A stretch of 64,000 bases of DNA from Octopus sinensis. Its lineage: Eukaryota. Numbering within the stretch: the first letter of the stretch is position 1; every line of letters begins with the position of its first letter. Positions 48,094-61,766 of this stretch are shown in pieces. Location of the stretch: assembly GCF_006345805.1 (NCBI RefSeq), contig NC_043014.1:13702001-13766000 (forward strand), given 5' to 3'. The notes under the pieces were generated by a model, which saw only the letters and a list, made by a program, of their open reading frames with translations, made no database searches and had not been told where the DNA came from. The translations under genes and the position numbers were made by a program.

Positions 48094-48595
48094 TAAACAC
48101 CCGTCCTATGACAAGAAGTGAAATTAAAGTGTTTTCTTATTTACATTTAACGGATATTTGTCCTCATCTTGTTTGTTGTTAAACACAACGTTTCGGCTGA
48201 TATACCCTCCAGCCTTCATCAAGTGTCTTGGGGAAATTTCGAACCTGGGTTCTCATTCGTAAGGTAATCCTATGGCTGCGATATATCGATGACACTTTTA
48301 TACTCTGGAGGAGTTTGTAGTTTTGGGCAAAATGTGATATCAGCCAGTTTTTCGATTTTTTTTCAACCGATAAATAAATATTTTTTTGTCTTCCCACGCT
48401 TCTTTAGAATCGATTATTCATGTAAGCTTATAACAACAGAATATGAAACACGAATTCGGTGGGATGCGGGAAGTCACAGAAGAAAGAAAATGTAGGTCAG
48501 TTTCCTCGCGGCGTCTTCAAGAACAATCATAAAATTGAATGGACGGCTTTTTGTGTTTTTTTCACAGCTGTGTAATGTTATCATATATTTTGTGT

Positions 48596-48977
48596 GGAGG
48601 CGCAATGGCCCAGTGGTTAGGGCAGCGGACTCGCGGTCGTAGGATCGCGGTTTCGATTCCCAGACCGGGCGTTGTGAGTGTTTATTGAGTGAAAACACCT
48701 AAAGCTCCACGAGGCTCCGGCAGGGATGGTGGTGATCCCTGCTGTACTCTTTCACCACAACTTTCTCTCACTCTTACTTCCTGTTTCTGTTGTACCTGTA
48801 TTTTAAAGGGCCGGCCTTGTCACTCTCTGTGTCACGCTGAATATCCCCGAGAACTACGTTAAGGGTGCACGTGTCTGTGGAGTGCTCAGCCACTTACGCG
48901 TTAATCTCACGAGCTGGCTGTTCCGTTGATTTGGATCAACCGGAACCCTCGTCGTCGTAACCGACGGAGTGCTTCCA
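48596..48977 (+). mobile_element. SINE family C, full length
   Basis: Near-identical to 9523-9903. Confidence 0.9.
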
Positions 48978-49917
48978 ACAAGTACTTCCGTAAATAAAAG
49001 TACGTTTCTTCCCAACACTTAGTCTCTTGGTTCCTTTCTTTTGAGAAAGTGAGAATTTTTTATACTTAAAATATAACCCCTGGGGAAACGTCGAGTTTTC
49101 TTATTATGAAATAAAAAAATAATCTATGGCTTTTGTAGAAATTTTTCATTTTGTTTTGGCGTGTGTGTTTGTCTTTCATTTCAATACAACGAGGTGGGGA
49201 AAATCAACGTTTTCCCGTCACCGCCGATTATCATATATTTACGGCAGTTCCCAACACAAAAATTTACAGTTATGAACAGTTTTCTATAAAATGCATATTC
49301 CAAACATTTTTTCAAAAACTTTGACATGAAAATTAAATGAAATAAAGAACAAAACAAGATTTTTCTAACACTTACCCGCGAGGAACAAAATCGTGCGTCG
49401 ACCATTCTTGCGTTCAGCTGCTGCCCTTTGGAATGAAATAGCATTATTTCTCAAGATTCCCCCAACGCGATTCAGAGACGAGAAATATATCTTGTCTCCG
49501 AGAGTGGTATTGCAAAATATTTTATCCAAGATTTACCATACATAGATGAGTATAAGACAATGATTTCTGTCTAAGATGTAGAAATGATTTTTTTTCTCAA
49601 AAAAAGAAAAATGGAAACCGGATTCTAAAAATATCTTTGGTTTTTTCCTGTGACTCATTCGATATGTCGGAGACGAAAAACGTTGTTTTAGTTTACCAAG
49701 CCATTTACATTTCAGCGTACAGTACAATCATAATGCTAATCCTTACTCTAACCCTATAAGCCCTTACTCAAAATACAAACGCTAACTTGACCGTAACCTA
49801 ATCCCTAATCCTAATTCAGATCAGGTCATTTCAAAGTGTCGACCAGTGGTTCTCAACAGGGGTCCATATAAATTTTGTAATAAAAACTTATGTGAAATAA
49901 ATCGGTTACACTTCTAC

Positions 49918-50318
49918 GGATCTTTTCGGTTTGAACGACAGTTTTTTCTAGCTGTGTCATATGAAATTGTCACCCATAATTATGACCCTAGTATCGATCT
50001 ATTGCATTTCAATCTGTTTTAGGGTTAGGGGTGGGGAGAAGGGTATCTTTTTTTCTTCACAAATGTAAATAAACCCAATCTGTTTCTTAAACGAGGGACA
50101 TATTCATACGGCACAGAATGTTTTCACCTCAATAGACGTCATTGATTGGTTGAAATTGAAGAAAAAAACAACAAATATGTTACAAACTATAGAATTTTCT
50201 CAATAAAGCCAAGAGAAAAAGATGTTTTATTAACACATTCTACCAGTATACGAAGTTTAAAAGTGTTTAGTTACGTGGAAATTATTTTAAAAAACTGCCA
50301 GTCAAACAGAAAAGATCC
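49918..50318. mobile_element. Mutator-like MITE with 9-bp TSD and TTAGGG repeats
   Basis: Same family as 34866-35271; CACTTCTAC at 49909-49917 and 50319-50327. Confidence 0.88.
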
Positions 50319-51174
50319 CACTTCTACAATGCACAAAATATTTTTACTTTATTTTTACACAATTACTAATAATATTTAATTATAAAAATACAGTAAGACT
50401 TTTATAGATATTGAATGGCTGTGGAGGTCCAGTAGAGCAAAATAGGAACCAATGGGGCCCATGGCTAAAGAATAGTTGAAAACTCTTGGGTAAACAAAAC
50501 ACACTGCAGTAGATCGCATGCTAAAGTAGAACCCAAAAGCATAAGAGACCAAAAATCATCATCATCGTTTAACGTCCGCTTTCCATGCTAGCATGGGTTG
50601 GATGGTTTGACTGAGGACTGACGAACCAGATGGCTGCACCAGGCTCCAATTTACTTATTTCTTTATTGCCCACAAGGGGCTAAACATAGAGGAGACAAAC
50701 AATGGCAGACAAAGGGATTAAGTTGATTACATCGATCCCAGTGTGTAACTGGTACTTAATTTATCGACAGTGAAAGGATGAAAGGCAAAGTCGACCTCGG
50801 TGGAATTTGAACTCAGAATGTAACTGTAGACGAAATACCGCTAAGCATATCACCTGACGTGCTAACGTTTCTGCCAGCTCGCCGCCTTAAATTTACTGAG
50901 GTCGATTTTCTCTTCTATAGTGCCCTTTCTGTCACCAAATAAAGTAATATTTCCCCATGGCCAGATATGCTTTTCATACAAGATTAGAAATGAAGGACAT
51001 CACTTGCACGATGGTGGCACGTGCTTACAACTACCATGCAATGTCAAGACAAGGAAACTGTTGTACACATACGTTTGTGTATATATACTTGAATCTGTTT
51101 TATACAGAAATGTATAATGTGTGTGTGTTATTTTATATACTTGAACCTTAATCTTTTGTGTGTGTATATATATA

Positions 51175-51520
51175 TAGGCACAGGAGTGGCTGTGTGGTAA
51201 GTAGCTTGCTTACCAACCACATGGTTCCGGGTTCAGTCCCACTGTGTGGCACCTTGGGCGAGTGTCTTCTGCTATAGCCTCAGGCCAACCAAAGCCTTGT
51301 GAGTGGATTTGGTAGAAGGAAACTGAAAGAAGCCCATCGTATATATGTATGTATATATGTTTGTGTGTCTGTGTTTGTCCCCCCAACAACGCTTGACAAC
51401 TGATGCTGGTGTGTTTACGTCCCTGTAACTTAGCAGTTCGGCAAAAGAGACCAATAGAATAAGTACTAGGCTTACAAAGAATAAGTCCTGGAGTCGATTT
51501 ACTCGACAGTCAAATGACTG
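51175..51520 (+). mobile_element. SINE family A
   Basis: Head to partial tail; further fragments in both orientations at about 52370-52810 and 63015-63150. Confidence 0.88.
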
Positions 51521-54500
51521 AGCTGGAAAGTTCCTTGCTTTGGGTAAAAGAAAACACAGAAGGATCAGTTAATTATGATTTTATTCAATGTATTTCCTTC
51601 TGAGGTTCACACATTTATTTCAGTGGTCTTTCAGTTTTTCTAGGCTCTGTAAAAGAACTTGAAATGTTGGGTCTCCAAACAGGCCTTTCATGATACCTTT
51701 AAAGTCAGGAATTTTTCAGCACCCCCTTGTATACACACTCAACAGGCTTATTTCAGTTTCTTATTTCTTTATTGCCCACAAGGGGCTAAACATAGAGGGG
51801 ACAAACAAGGACAGACAAAGGGACTAAGTCGATTACATCGATCAGTGCGTAACTGGTACTTATTTAATCGACCCCGAAAAGATGAAAGGCAAAGTCGACT
51901 TCGGTGGAATTTGAACTCAGAAAGTAATGGCAGACGAAATACCGCTAAGCATTTTGCCTGGCGTACTAATGTTACTGCCAGCTCACTCAGCTTCTTTCAG
52001 TTTCTGTCGACCAATTCCATTCACAAGGTTTTGGTTGCCTCAGGACTATAACATAAGACACTTATAGGTTCACCTGCAGCAGGAATGAACCTGAAATCTA
52101 GTGGCTGGGAAGCAAACATCTTACCACACAGCCATATCAGCAAGTACATGCTTGTAATTTGAGCAATTAAACTACATAGTCATATGGCTGGAAGGGGTAG
52201 GGTTTAGAATTTCATTATAACGACAAAAACAAACCATTTATTTGTTATCTCATGAATAACATTGTTTAGAAAATCCTAAAGTTGGCTGGTATATATCTTA
52301 GACTAGTAAATACTCCATATCACCATATCTTTTTTTTAATATACCACCTTGATGCTGTTATAACCTATAAAGTTTGCTGCCCCATCACATGGTCTTGAGT
52401 TCAGTCTCACTGTATGACACCTTAGGCAAGTGTTTCCTCTTGTAGTCTGGCCAACCAAAGCCTTGTGAGTGGATTTAGTAGATAGAAACTGAAAAAAGCT
52501 GGTAGTATATATATATATACTTTCAGTTTCTGTCTACCAATTCCATTCACAAGGTTTTGGTTGCCTCAGGGCTATAACAGAAGACACTTGTAGGTTCACA
52601 GAGTCAGAGTTGGAGTTGAAGTTTTTTGTTTCAACTCCACAGCCCTGGTTTACGTCCCTGTAACTTCGCAGTTCAGCAAAAGAAACTGATAGAATAAGTA
52701 CTGGGCGTTAAAAAAAAAAGTACTGCTGTTGATTCATCCAACCAAAAACTCTTCAAGGCGGTGCCCCAGCATGGCCACAGTCTAATGACTGAAACAAGTA
52801 AAAGATAGAAGATATATGTGTATGTGCTGTTATTTCCTTGCTTTGATTTCTTGTGATCGTTGTAAGTGAATGTTATCATGTAAGAGGTGTCTGCTTTAAA
52901 TCTGTGTAAACACGTCCAATCAAAGGAAATATTACCTTGCTTGGAAACAGGTGAGAGTTGATGACAGGGAGGGCATCCAGCAGTAGAAAAATCTACAGAA
53001 ATTAATAGTTACACAGAAATAGTAAATAAAAATATGAAATGAAAAAAAAGACGAAAATTGTTTGTTAGTTTTTTTTTTTGCTGAAGATTTATTTTATTTT
53101 ATTAAGAGTTTCTTTAACTTATTTATAACATATTTTTTTTTTTTGAAATTTTTTTTCCAGATATGAATATGAAGGAGGGAGAAAATTAATATGGGAATGA
53201 ACACCCTTCTGATATCTTTATATATGCGTTTGTGTGTGTATGTGTGCATATGTGTGTATATAAACGCACCAACATACACTTGCAGGGCCATACTGGGTGT
53301 AGCAATATTTGTTGTATAGTGGCTAGTTCGATGAGAGCCAGCTCATTGGATGACAGAGAATCTGGGAGAAGGGGAGACGTAAAGGAGAGAGAGACAGAGA
53401 GAGAGAGAATGACAAGTGGAAGAAGTGAATGGAGACATAGCTAAGTTATTTCTGATTTAATTCAGTTGTTTGATTAATCACAGATTCCTTTAATTAAAAC
53501 ATGTTGGTGCGTGTGATATAGTAAGAGTGGTAGTGAGAAAGAGAGAGAACACGTCTTCGTGTTTGGAGATACGTGAATATGTTCATACACTCACGCAACT
53601 GCACTCAGATATATTGAAAAGCTTCGGACACACACACAGATGTACTTCTCATACACCCATTCTAATATCCCCACATGCACATAAACTGTAGGCATTCAAT
53701 GTATTTTCACGTATGATACACACACGTATTCATACATACAATAAATACAGATATTCAGATGTACTTCCTATAAACTCATTCATACATCACACATAAATGG
53801 TGAAAAAAAAAAAAAATCACCTATTTAAAATAACTGTAGAGCTACAGCTATCTGATGTCAAACACCATCAAAGAGAGAAGCTATCCCTTGCTCTAACAAA
53901 AGTTCTTAGATTTCAGTCTAGAGAATTTTTAGTGTTACAAATCAAGAATATAACACTTGATAAAAAGGACACTTAGCTATGCTGATTTACTTTGATCTAA
54001 ACTAGAAAAGCTAAATGTTAGGAACAATATCAGTGAGTAGAACATTATTCCTATAGTCTACTTCACTGGCTCAACAAATCAACAAAACTTATTACATCTC
54101 ATTATTACAATGAAATGCAGGATTTTAATTGGCAGCACAAATGGCTGGCATTTTCTGTAAAGCATTTAGTTTGATACTCTATTGCCTTAGCCACCTTCGT
54201 TGCTCTGCTCTCTAATCTGGTCAATAATAGCAATAAGAACTATAAATTAATGCCTACATGTATATGTGTACACACACACGTACAATGCATGTGTATATGT
54301 GCCTGTACAGATATAATGCCTTCTTCCATTTTCTTATGCTTACAAGTTAAAAATAGTTAAAATATGTAAAATTTAAAGTAATTACACTTACATTTGTAGT
54401 TATGCTAAAATCTGGATTCTGAGGAACTAAGAAATTTCTTTGAATCTGTAGCTATGTTCTAATGAAAGAAAAAAAAAAACTCAAAATATATCATCTCCAT

Positions 54501-56199
54501 TTTAAATGCTCCAGAATAAAACACATCTATGTTATTATCTCTGATAAAATGAGGATGATCATGCACTTTATAACCTTCTCAGAATTTCACAATGACATTT
54601 CTCAATAACAAACCAAAATTCCAGAATATAAGCATGCATGCATACACACATACGTATTGAAGGAATGAGGAAACAAGAGAAATATCAAGACAGGCCAATG
54701 GAAATTTATATAAATGACAGATGAAGAAATATATCTTTGTAGTAGAGTATCAATGATAAGAACTATATTAAAATAAAATAATAAATGCCTGTAAAGCCAC
54801 CTCAGGTATAATTAGGTTCTGTGTAGACAATGAGAGAGAAATCTTCTGAATAGGAATGCTAGACTATTGCAAATGATATATGATATTCCTCAATGATGTG
54901 ACAATTCCAACAGTTAGATGAATGTGGAATGCTAATGGTGGGAGGATTTGGACTCAAAATTCATAATCTGGTGACTGACTGAAAATCAGTTTGATTTCGT
55001 GTCCGAAAATAAACTGCATTGCTATACTTGGACTAAATACTTCCCCAAACGAATTATATTACGTTAGTTAAGAGATACTGTTGCAGTCAAACACTGGCTG
55101 CTAATAAGGAGTCAACACTAGGTTGAAATTAGTATAAATTAGTTGAAACAAAATGGACAAAAGCTAAATATTTTAGAAGATAAAGAACAGCTTCAGTAGT
55201 TGCTTGTAGAACAATAAATACTAAAGCTGGATAATGTTTGTGCATCAAAGAGAAACTTTGCAATCACTTTGAAACCAAACTAGATAAGTTCAAGAAAATA
55301 GTATAGATATCTGATGACTAAAGATTAAAGAGATGAAAGGGGTATATTTGCAGACAATGATCAGTATTAAGGCAAAGAGTTATATTAGAGTGAGCTAAAG
55401 GCACATTACACAGCAAGAAGCTTCTGAGGGAATTCAGGAGTTTTTTTTTAACAGAAAAAAAAAATTGAAATAAAATAAAATAAATAAATAAAAGATATGG
55501 CATTAAGAAGAGAAATGAACAAAAGCAAAATAAAACTAAAATTAACATATGGCCAGACTACTGCTACACATATGTACCCCATCTGATCAAATACCAGATG
55601 ATAAAGTGTCTGGTACAGTTTTTCAAACAGACTTGAATGTGGTATCTCCCCTTGTGCAGTGAAGATAACACATTAGCTTGGAACTATAAGAGATGCCCCC
55701 AAACAGTTGGTCAGATACAATGTCTGTTGAGTTGTGCACAGCTGACAGGAACTTATTAACTAAACCAAGAACAACAACTACTGCCAATACACCCAGGTAA
55801 ACAAAGTGAATTACGAAGGTTTTGTGTTTGTGTGTGTGTCTATACACTCTTACGTATATATGTATGCATATATACTCATATACACATCCACAGATTAGAT
55901 AGATAGATAGAGAATTTTGTAGTGTTGATTAGAACATTGAGTTCTTCAGCTGCAAACTGTCAAAGTGGATGTACTGAGTTACCGAGATACACAATCAAGC
56001 TGGCAATTGGAGATTTCAGTATCAAGCTGATGGAAACAGAAGTGGATCAGAATCAAATATTGGCCCACATGAATGTATTGACAAGAACAATGATAATATA
56101 AAGAGGCTGCTTTCCAAACACTGATGGTCCAGAACCTCTTATAGTCTGCACTAATTGTGAGCAGAAACTTCAAATTCCTGTGGCTGCCAAAATAAGTAC

Positions 56200-58400
56200 A
56201 TTGCACAGTATAATACCAATAAACTTGCATCATTTATACTAATGTAGAGGTACCTGTATTTCATTTAATTATTTAAATGATCTGTTAGATGACTCTGATC
56301 TCTCCAGATAACAATACCAGAAATTAAATCTATTAACTTGGCAAAATACAAAGAGGCACTCTCCCCTGCAGGATGTTTGTGCATATGGAGCTGGTGCTGA
56401 ATCAGATCATAATTTGGTCATTAGTAAAGTTCTGAAGCTAAAGAGAAACAAATGTGAGGACTTAAAAAGGAGTTAGCCAAAGCAGAGAAAGTTCAAGTGA
56501 AGATAAGAAATTCCAAGTGTTACAAGACGAAGTCACTGTTGATAAACAATGGAAGCTGTTTACCCAGACTGTCAATGCTAGTACACAAGAATTTACTGGT
56601 TAGCACAAAGAGAAGTATCAAGAGAGAACAGAGTCATGAAATCTGATAAGAAAGCTGCAAAAGTCAAGAGAGACTGAACCGGAATCTTAGGAAAGGGTGA
56701 AATATAGTTGTAGCAAAAGATCAGAGATGGTTGGAAGGCAAAATCCACTGAAGCACAGAGCAACAGACATAAGAACACTGTATAAGAGAGTCAAAAAGCT
56801 TAACTGGCAGAAGTAGGAGTAGTGTGTCAATGCAGTACAAAGGGGGCTGCGTACTACTGATCAGTGCAGCCTAAACCCCAAAATGGATTCAATGCTTAAA
56901 AGGCATCTCAATTGACCAGCACCACTCAGTCTTTTGGACTCTGAACAATGATCAAACACCAAATGAATAACAAGGCAGCTAGAGCAGATCATCCTAACAA
57001 TTTCCATACTTTCTATATGCTGAAACATGGCCAGGATATTACTGCACAGTTAACCTGTCAATCTTTTCAGTCTGATCTGATATGACCTGCGTTACAAGTA
57101 CCAGGTGATAGGAGGGGGTCATTGTAACTCTCCCCAACAACGTTTCAATGATTGCACTAGTTAAAGAGAGGCATCATATTGTTGTTTGTCTGAGGTGTTT
57201 TGTGCTGTGATTCTGAAAAGACTAAAACTGAAAATTAGACCACAGTCTCCATAAACAGCAGGTTCAGCTCTCATAGCACCAAATTATGTATAGAACAAAT
57301 ATCCACCTTGTATGTTATTACTGAATAGCACAATGTATTCTGAACAACATAAATTACATTTGAGTACAAGAAGGCCTTTGACAGTGTTCACCACAAGTCA
57401 CTGAGATAAAGATTATACATCTTTACGATATACCAGAGAACTTATGAACATCTTCAAATCAATAACATTCCTGCTGTATCAGTACACACATTGAGAATAC
57501 AGAATCGTTTAATATTGTGACGGTTGTTCATCAGGGATGGACCGTTTGATATTGTAACAGTTGTTTACTAGGGCTGTATTGTTTGCTGTTTCCCTCATTC
57601 TTTCTTGTGTTGTTGACTTCATAAGGAAGACGAGTGTGTGCAATTCAGAGTGTGCCGTAATAATGGAGAGGAAAGGGACCGGGGGGAGATTTGGATTTTG
57701 CTGATGATGTCTTACTGCTAAACCTTCAAGAAACAACTCTGCAGAAAATAACATCTGCCTTAAATACAAATGCAGATGGATTTCATATCGGCTGAGAGAA
57801 AACCACCATTATATCAATCAGTTTAACCACCATATCCTCTCATCAAGACTGGAAATAAGTACCTGAAGAGGGTGTGACAAAATTCCCAGATCTTGGAAGA
57901 GACTTGCAAAAGCTGCAGTAATCTTTTGAGTTGATGGGTCCCGTAAGGTCCAAAACCTCTGTCAGCACAGAAGTGGAATTATGCCTTGACATGTTCATTG
58001 TAGTACCAACAGCTATTTTTGCCAACGACACATGGAACAGTTAGCTAGCATACACAACAGTCTTTCATACACCCTGTCTGGTCAATATTGAAAATTTCCA
58101 GGAGAAATAAGATACAGAAATAGTTGGGATGGAAAATTTACAAGGTATTGTGAAAAGGCGGTGTAGGCAATTTAGTGGACCATGTCCTTGGTTTGAAAGA
58201 GGAAAGGCTATCTCATGAAGAAATGGGTATCAGAAATAAGAAAAAGGAAAATCAGGCCACACCGAGAGAACTGTTGTGGAGGATCTGCAGCACATGAGGG
58301 GTCAGGATAGAAGAATAAAGAAAGAGGAGTATGTGGCTCATAGAAATAGAAGAAACTCATGCTTGAAGTTCCAATATAGATGGGCGGACTTCACACTGAA
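56200..58400 (+). mobile_element. Old, heavily decayed RTE-like LINE
   Basis: Scattered motifs: SDHNLVISK, KKAFDSVH, QGW..F, LDFADDV and a R-W-GH-like region; no long ORF. Confidence 0.65.
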
Positions 58401-59496
58401 GTGTGTGTGTGTATGCATATGCATATATATACATATATATATATATATTTATATATACACATGCACACACAAACTCACAAACATATACATATATGATGAT
58501 GGTACAAGTGTGTATGTACATGCATATAAATATATATGTATATAAAAATATAATGTACATACACACATGCCATACACATATATATATATAATTTCCCTGT
58601 AATGCCCTTTAAAACGTAAGAACTCTTTAACTTTTTTTTTCTCTCTCCAGCTAAAATATTTGGTTTTTCTCCAACAATCTCAGATTACTCTAATGGAATG
58701 GAAATAAGTGTTAGTTTAGCTTTAAAAATCCTCATTCTAAAGAATATATTTCATTTTTTTTTTTACAGTCATCAAATAATTTCTTCACTCTATCTGATGA
58801 TGACGATGATCATGATAACGACGTTGATGATGACAAAGTGGGTAGAAGGGAGGGGAGAGGGAGATCATTAGACAGACTTATGTACACACTGTATTCCCCC
58901 AAATTAAGGGTCTCATGCACACGTACACACGCACACAGCCAAATCTACATTAATCATACTTAGGCGAGTAGCCTTCCAATTTTTTTATTGTTTCTAGTAA
59001 AATGGCTTCAAACACACTTTTTACACACATACACAAACATATATTTTCATATATGTCTGTACATAAAACGTGGAATGATGATGGTGGAGGTGGTGGTGGT
59101 GGGGAAGGGGTGAAATATAAAGGAAGGAAAGAGAGATGTAAATAAATAAAGATATTGTGTGGGTAAATTTAGTTTTTTTTTTTGTTTGATCAATTTGTCC
59201 TCGGTTGTTTATATTTAAAAAAAAAACATAAAAAAAATACACATATATTATTATAAATAAAAACCTTTCCTTCTCTCTGTCAAGAGATGAAATTATCGTG
59301 GAAAAAAAAAAGGTTATCAACAGACCCCAGTATTATGTAAGTAGTGTTAGTAACCTGTGCACACAGAGGAGCCTAGTCATCACGTATTAATTAATGATGG
59401 CATGTGTTCTGTGATAGCAGGAGTAATTAAACATTATAATACAGATTGGCAGGTTTCTGGATAGGCCAGTAGCAAGGCTGCTACTTGCTTGCTCCT

Positions 59497-59622
59497 TCAA
59501 GAGTTCCTAGTTTCTAAGCAGTCACCCAAAGTGAGTCTGTAGTTGGCTATGGCGGTGATGCCGTGATAATGTACAAATGCAGCCGCGACAACGAACACAT
59601 GGAAAATCTGGTGACTTTGAAA
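59497..59622 (-). CDS. AdipoR: Adiponectin receptor (PAQR family), last coding exon
   Basis: Acceptor TTTTTCTTTTATTTTCAG (AG at 59624-59623). Reads FQSHQIFHVFVVAAAFVHYHGITAIANYRLTLGDCLETRNS*, with the HQIFH zinc-ligand motif. Phase 0 matches the upstream exon. Not in the ORF track. Confidence 0.95.
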   Translation of the reverse strand, partial: FQSHQIFHVFVVAAAFVHYHGITAIANYRLTLGDCLETRNS

Positions 59623-59697
59623 CTGAAAATAAAAGAAAAACAAAATTAATGTCAAAGATTTTATTAACAAAACAAACTGTGGTATTTTTTCAAATGA

Positions 59698-60095
59698 CTC
59701 TTTTACTTGTTTCAGTCATTTGACTGCGGCTATGCTGGAGCACCGCCTTTTAGTCGAGCAAATCGACCCCGGGACTTATTCTTTGTAAGCCCAGTACTTA
59801 TTCTATCGGTCTCTTTTGCCGAACCGCTAAGTGACGGGGACGTAAACACACCAGCATCAGTTGTCAAGCAATGCTAGGGGGGACAAACACAGACACACAA
59901 ACACATACACATATATATATACATATATACGACAGGCTTCTTTCAGTTTTCATCTACCAAATCCACTCAAAAGGCATTGGTCGGCCTGGGGCTATAGCAG
60001 AAGACACTTGCCCAAGATGCCACGCAGTGGAACTGAATCCGGAACCATGTGGTTGGTTAGCAAGCTACTTACCACACAGCCACTCCTGCGCCTAT
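59698..60095 (-). mobile_element. SINE family A in the last AdipoR intron
   Basis: Full copy about 75 bp from the acceptor. Confidence 0.9.
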
Positions 60096-61323
60096 ATTGA
60101 TTTTTTTCATCCTTTTTTTTCTTGCAGCAGCATCAATACAATAAGTGATGGCAATTTCTTTATGACTGAAGACCATAAGAGCAGCATGCCTTCAAGTGGC
60201 TCTGTAAACCAATCCTCGATGTTGCAGGGCTTTTCTTCCTGCCTGCACTTTTAAAGTGAAACTCAGTCCACTCAATCTAGTCTCAACTTTAGACTTGGAG
60301 GTCTGACCACAGTGGAGCAGTGGGCTAAGATGGCTGTGGTGACCAGAAAGTTGTTAGTTTTATATTGGAGTGACCATCACCTAGCTGAATTGCCTTACAA
60401 AGATAGAGAGCTCCACCTACCATAGAGTTGTCAGAAAAGTGTCAAAGAGGACACTGGGCCACTTGAGATTCCCCACTCCTTGATCAGCCATCAAGGCTGA
60501 CTCCCTTAGCCTTTTCTTTTCCCTAGGCACTCACAAAGCAGTGCAGGTGATTAACTCATACCTGGGACCCTGATAAGATGTACTACTCCAGGTCAGAGCA
60601 GAGCCGGAAACAGTAGTGGCTAAGAGATGGTGCTAAACGCCTCAAAATCTTGGAACTCCTGAATCAGGACCGCAATAGCTAATACAGCTTAGAGTCATAC
60701 TTAGGTCATACAATAAGTAACAACCAAGTAGACCAATCTAAGTACGTGACAGGTGCCTATTTTTTTGAAAACTAAAAAGAAAAGATGAAAGATAAATCAG
60801 TCAGGGTGGGATTCGTCATTCATCCTTCAAGAGTTGAACTGATTAATTAAGAAAGAACTACAACTTAATTACTGAACTAAAAGCAAACGTTGGATGTTGC
60901 CATCTGCCCACAATTTGTGGTCTTGTGCCTATGTTAAAAACTGTGTTATTTTGTATATTGGGAGGGTCATTATGCCAATAATAAACACATGAATTCCCAT
61001 CAAGAATCTTGCAAACCAAATACAAAGAAAAAAAAAAACAATTATTGTAGTTTTGTTTAATCCCAGGTGAATTCTCATCAAGTAGACTTATCAAAGATAT
61101 TTCAGTTGCAAACACTTGGTCTTTTTTCAATAAATAGCATATGTAGAATTACATTAGATAATCTGTCCTTCTCTAAAGATGATAGGGTGTGATCTTGCAA
61201 GATATTTAGCTGCTATTTCTAGCAGGCCGAGGAACTACATATTATCAAATGGTCTTCTGCCTGTGTTATAAATTACTATTTTTAAAGAAAGGTGGATTAG
61301 CAGAATTGGTAAAACTAGCTTAA

Positions 61324-61523
61324 CCCTTTAGTATTCAGATGTCTTTGTCAAATGTATTGCTTATTTATTCACAACGGTTTTAATTAATCAGATGTTATTT
61401 TATAGCTTCAAGATATCAATGGCCTTTTTTGTATATTTTTGGAATGACATTGTAGGGTAAGTTTGAGAGGTTGGATCTGGTAGAATATTTGGGTCTGCTA
61501 TGTCCAGATTAAATGCTAAAGAG
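61324..61523. mobile_element. piggyBac-like MITE in the AdipoR intron
   Basis: TTAA|CCCTTTAG ... CTAAAGAG|TTAA (TTAA at 61320-61323 and 61524-61527). Confidence 0.7.
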
Positions 61524-61572
61524 TTAAAAAGAAATTAGAAATAGCATTTGAGAATATCTCCTGGCTACTTAC

Positions 61573-61766
61573 CCAAATATCGAATTTTCCTGGAAACAGT
61601 CTTTCTGGAATACGAACTGCATAGATGATAGCTCCGGATATGTAGAGAAGTGCCATAAGGGCTAGCCAGCCGAGAGATGCACAATTAATGGCATGATAGA
61701 ACCCATCAGTGATAACATAATGCATGGCAGGGATAATACCACTTAAACCCAAACCTATAAAAACAC
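61573..61766 (-). CDS. AdipoR: Adiponectin receptor, penultimate coding exon (194 nt)
   Basis: Acceptor CCCTTTTTTTTCTTACCAG and donor TGG|GTAAGT. Reads (G)VFIGLGLSGIIPAMHYVITDGFYHAINCASLGWLALMALLYISGAIIYAVRIPERLFPGKFDIW. Earlier exons were not found, so they presumably lie right of the window. Confidence 0.95.

Noticed and set aside
2899-61766. Functional link between the pseudo-caspase and AdipoR (ceramide/apoptosis)
   Set aside because: They are 56 kb apart on opposite strands in an animal genome; proximity alone is no evidence.
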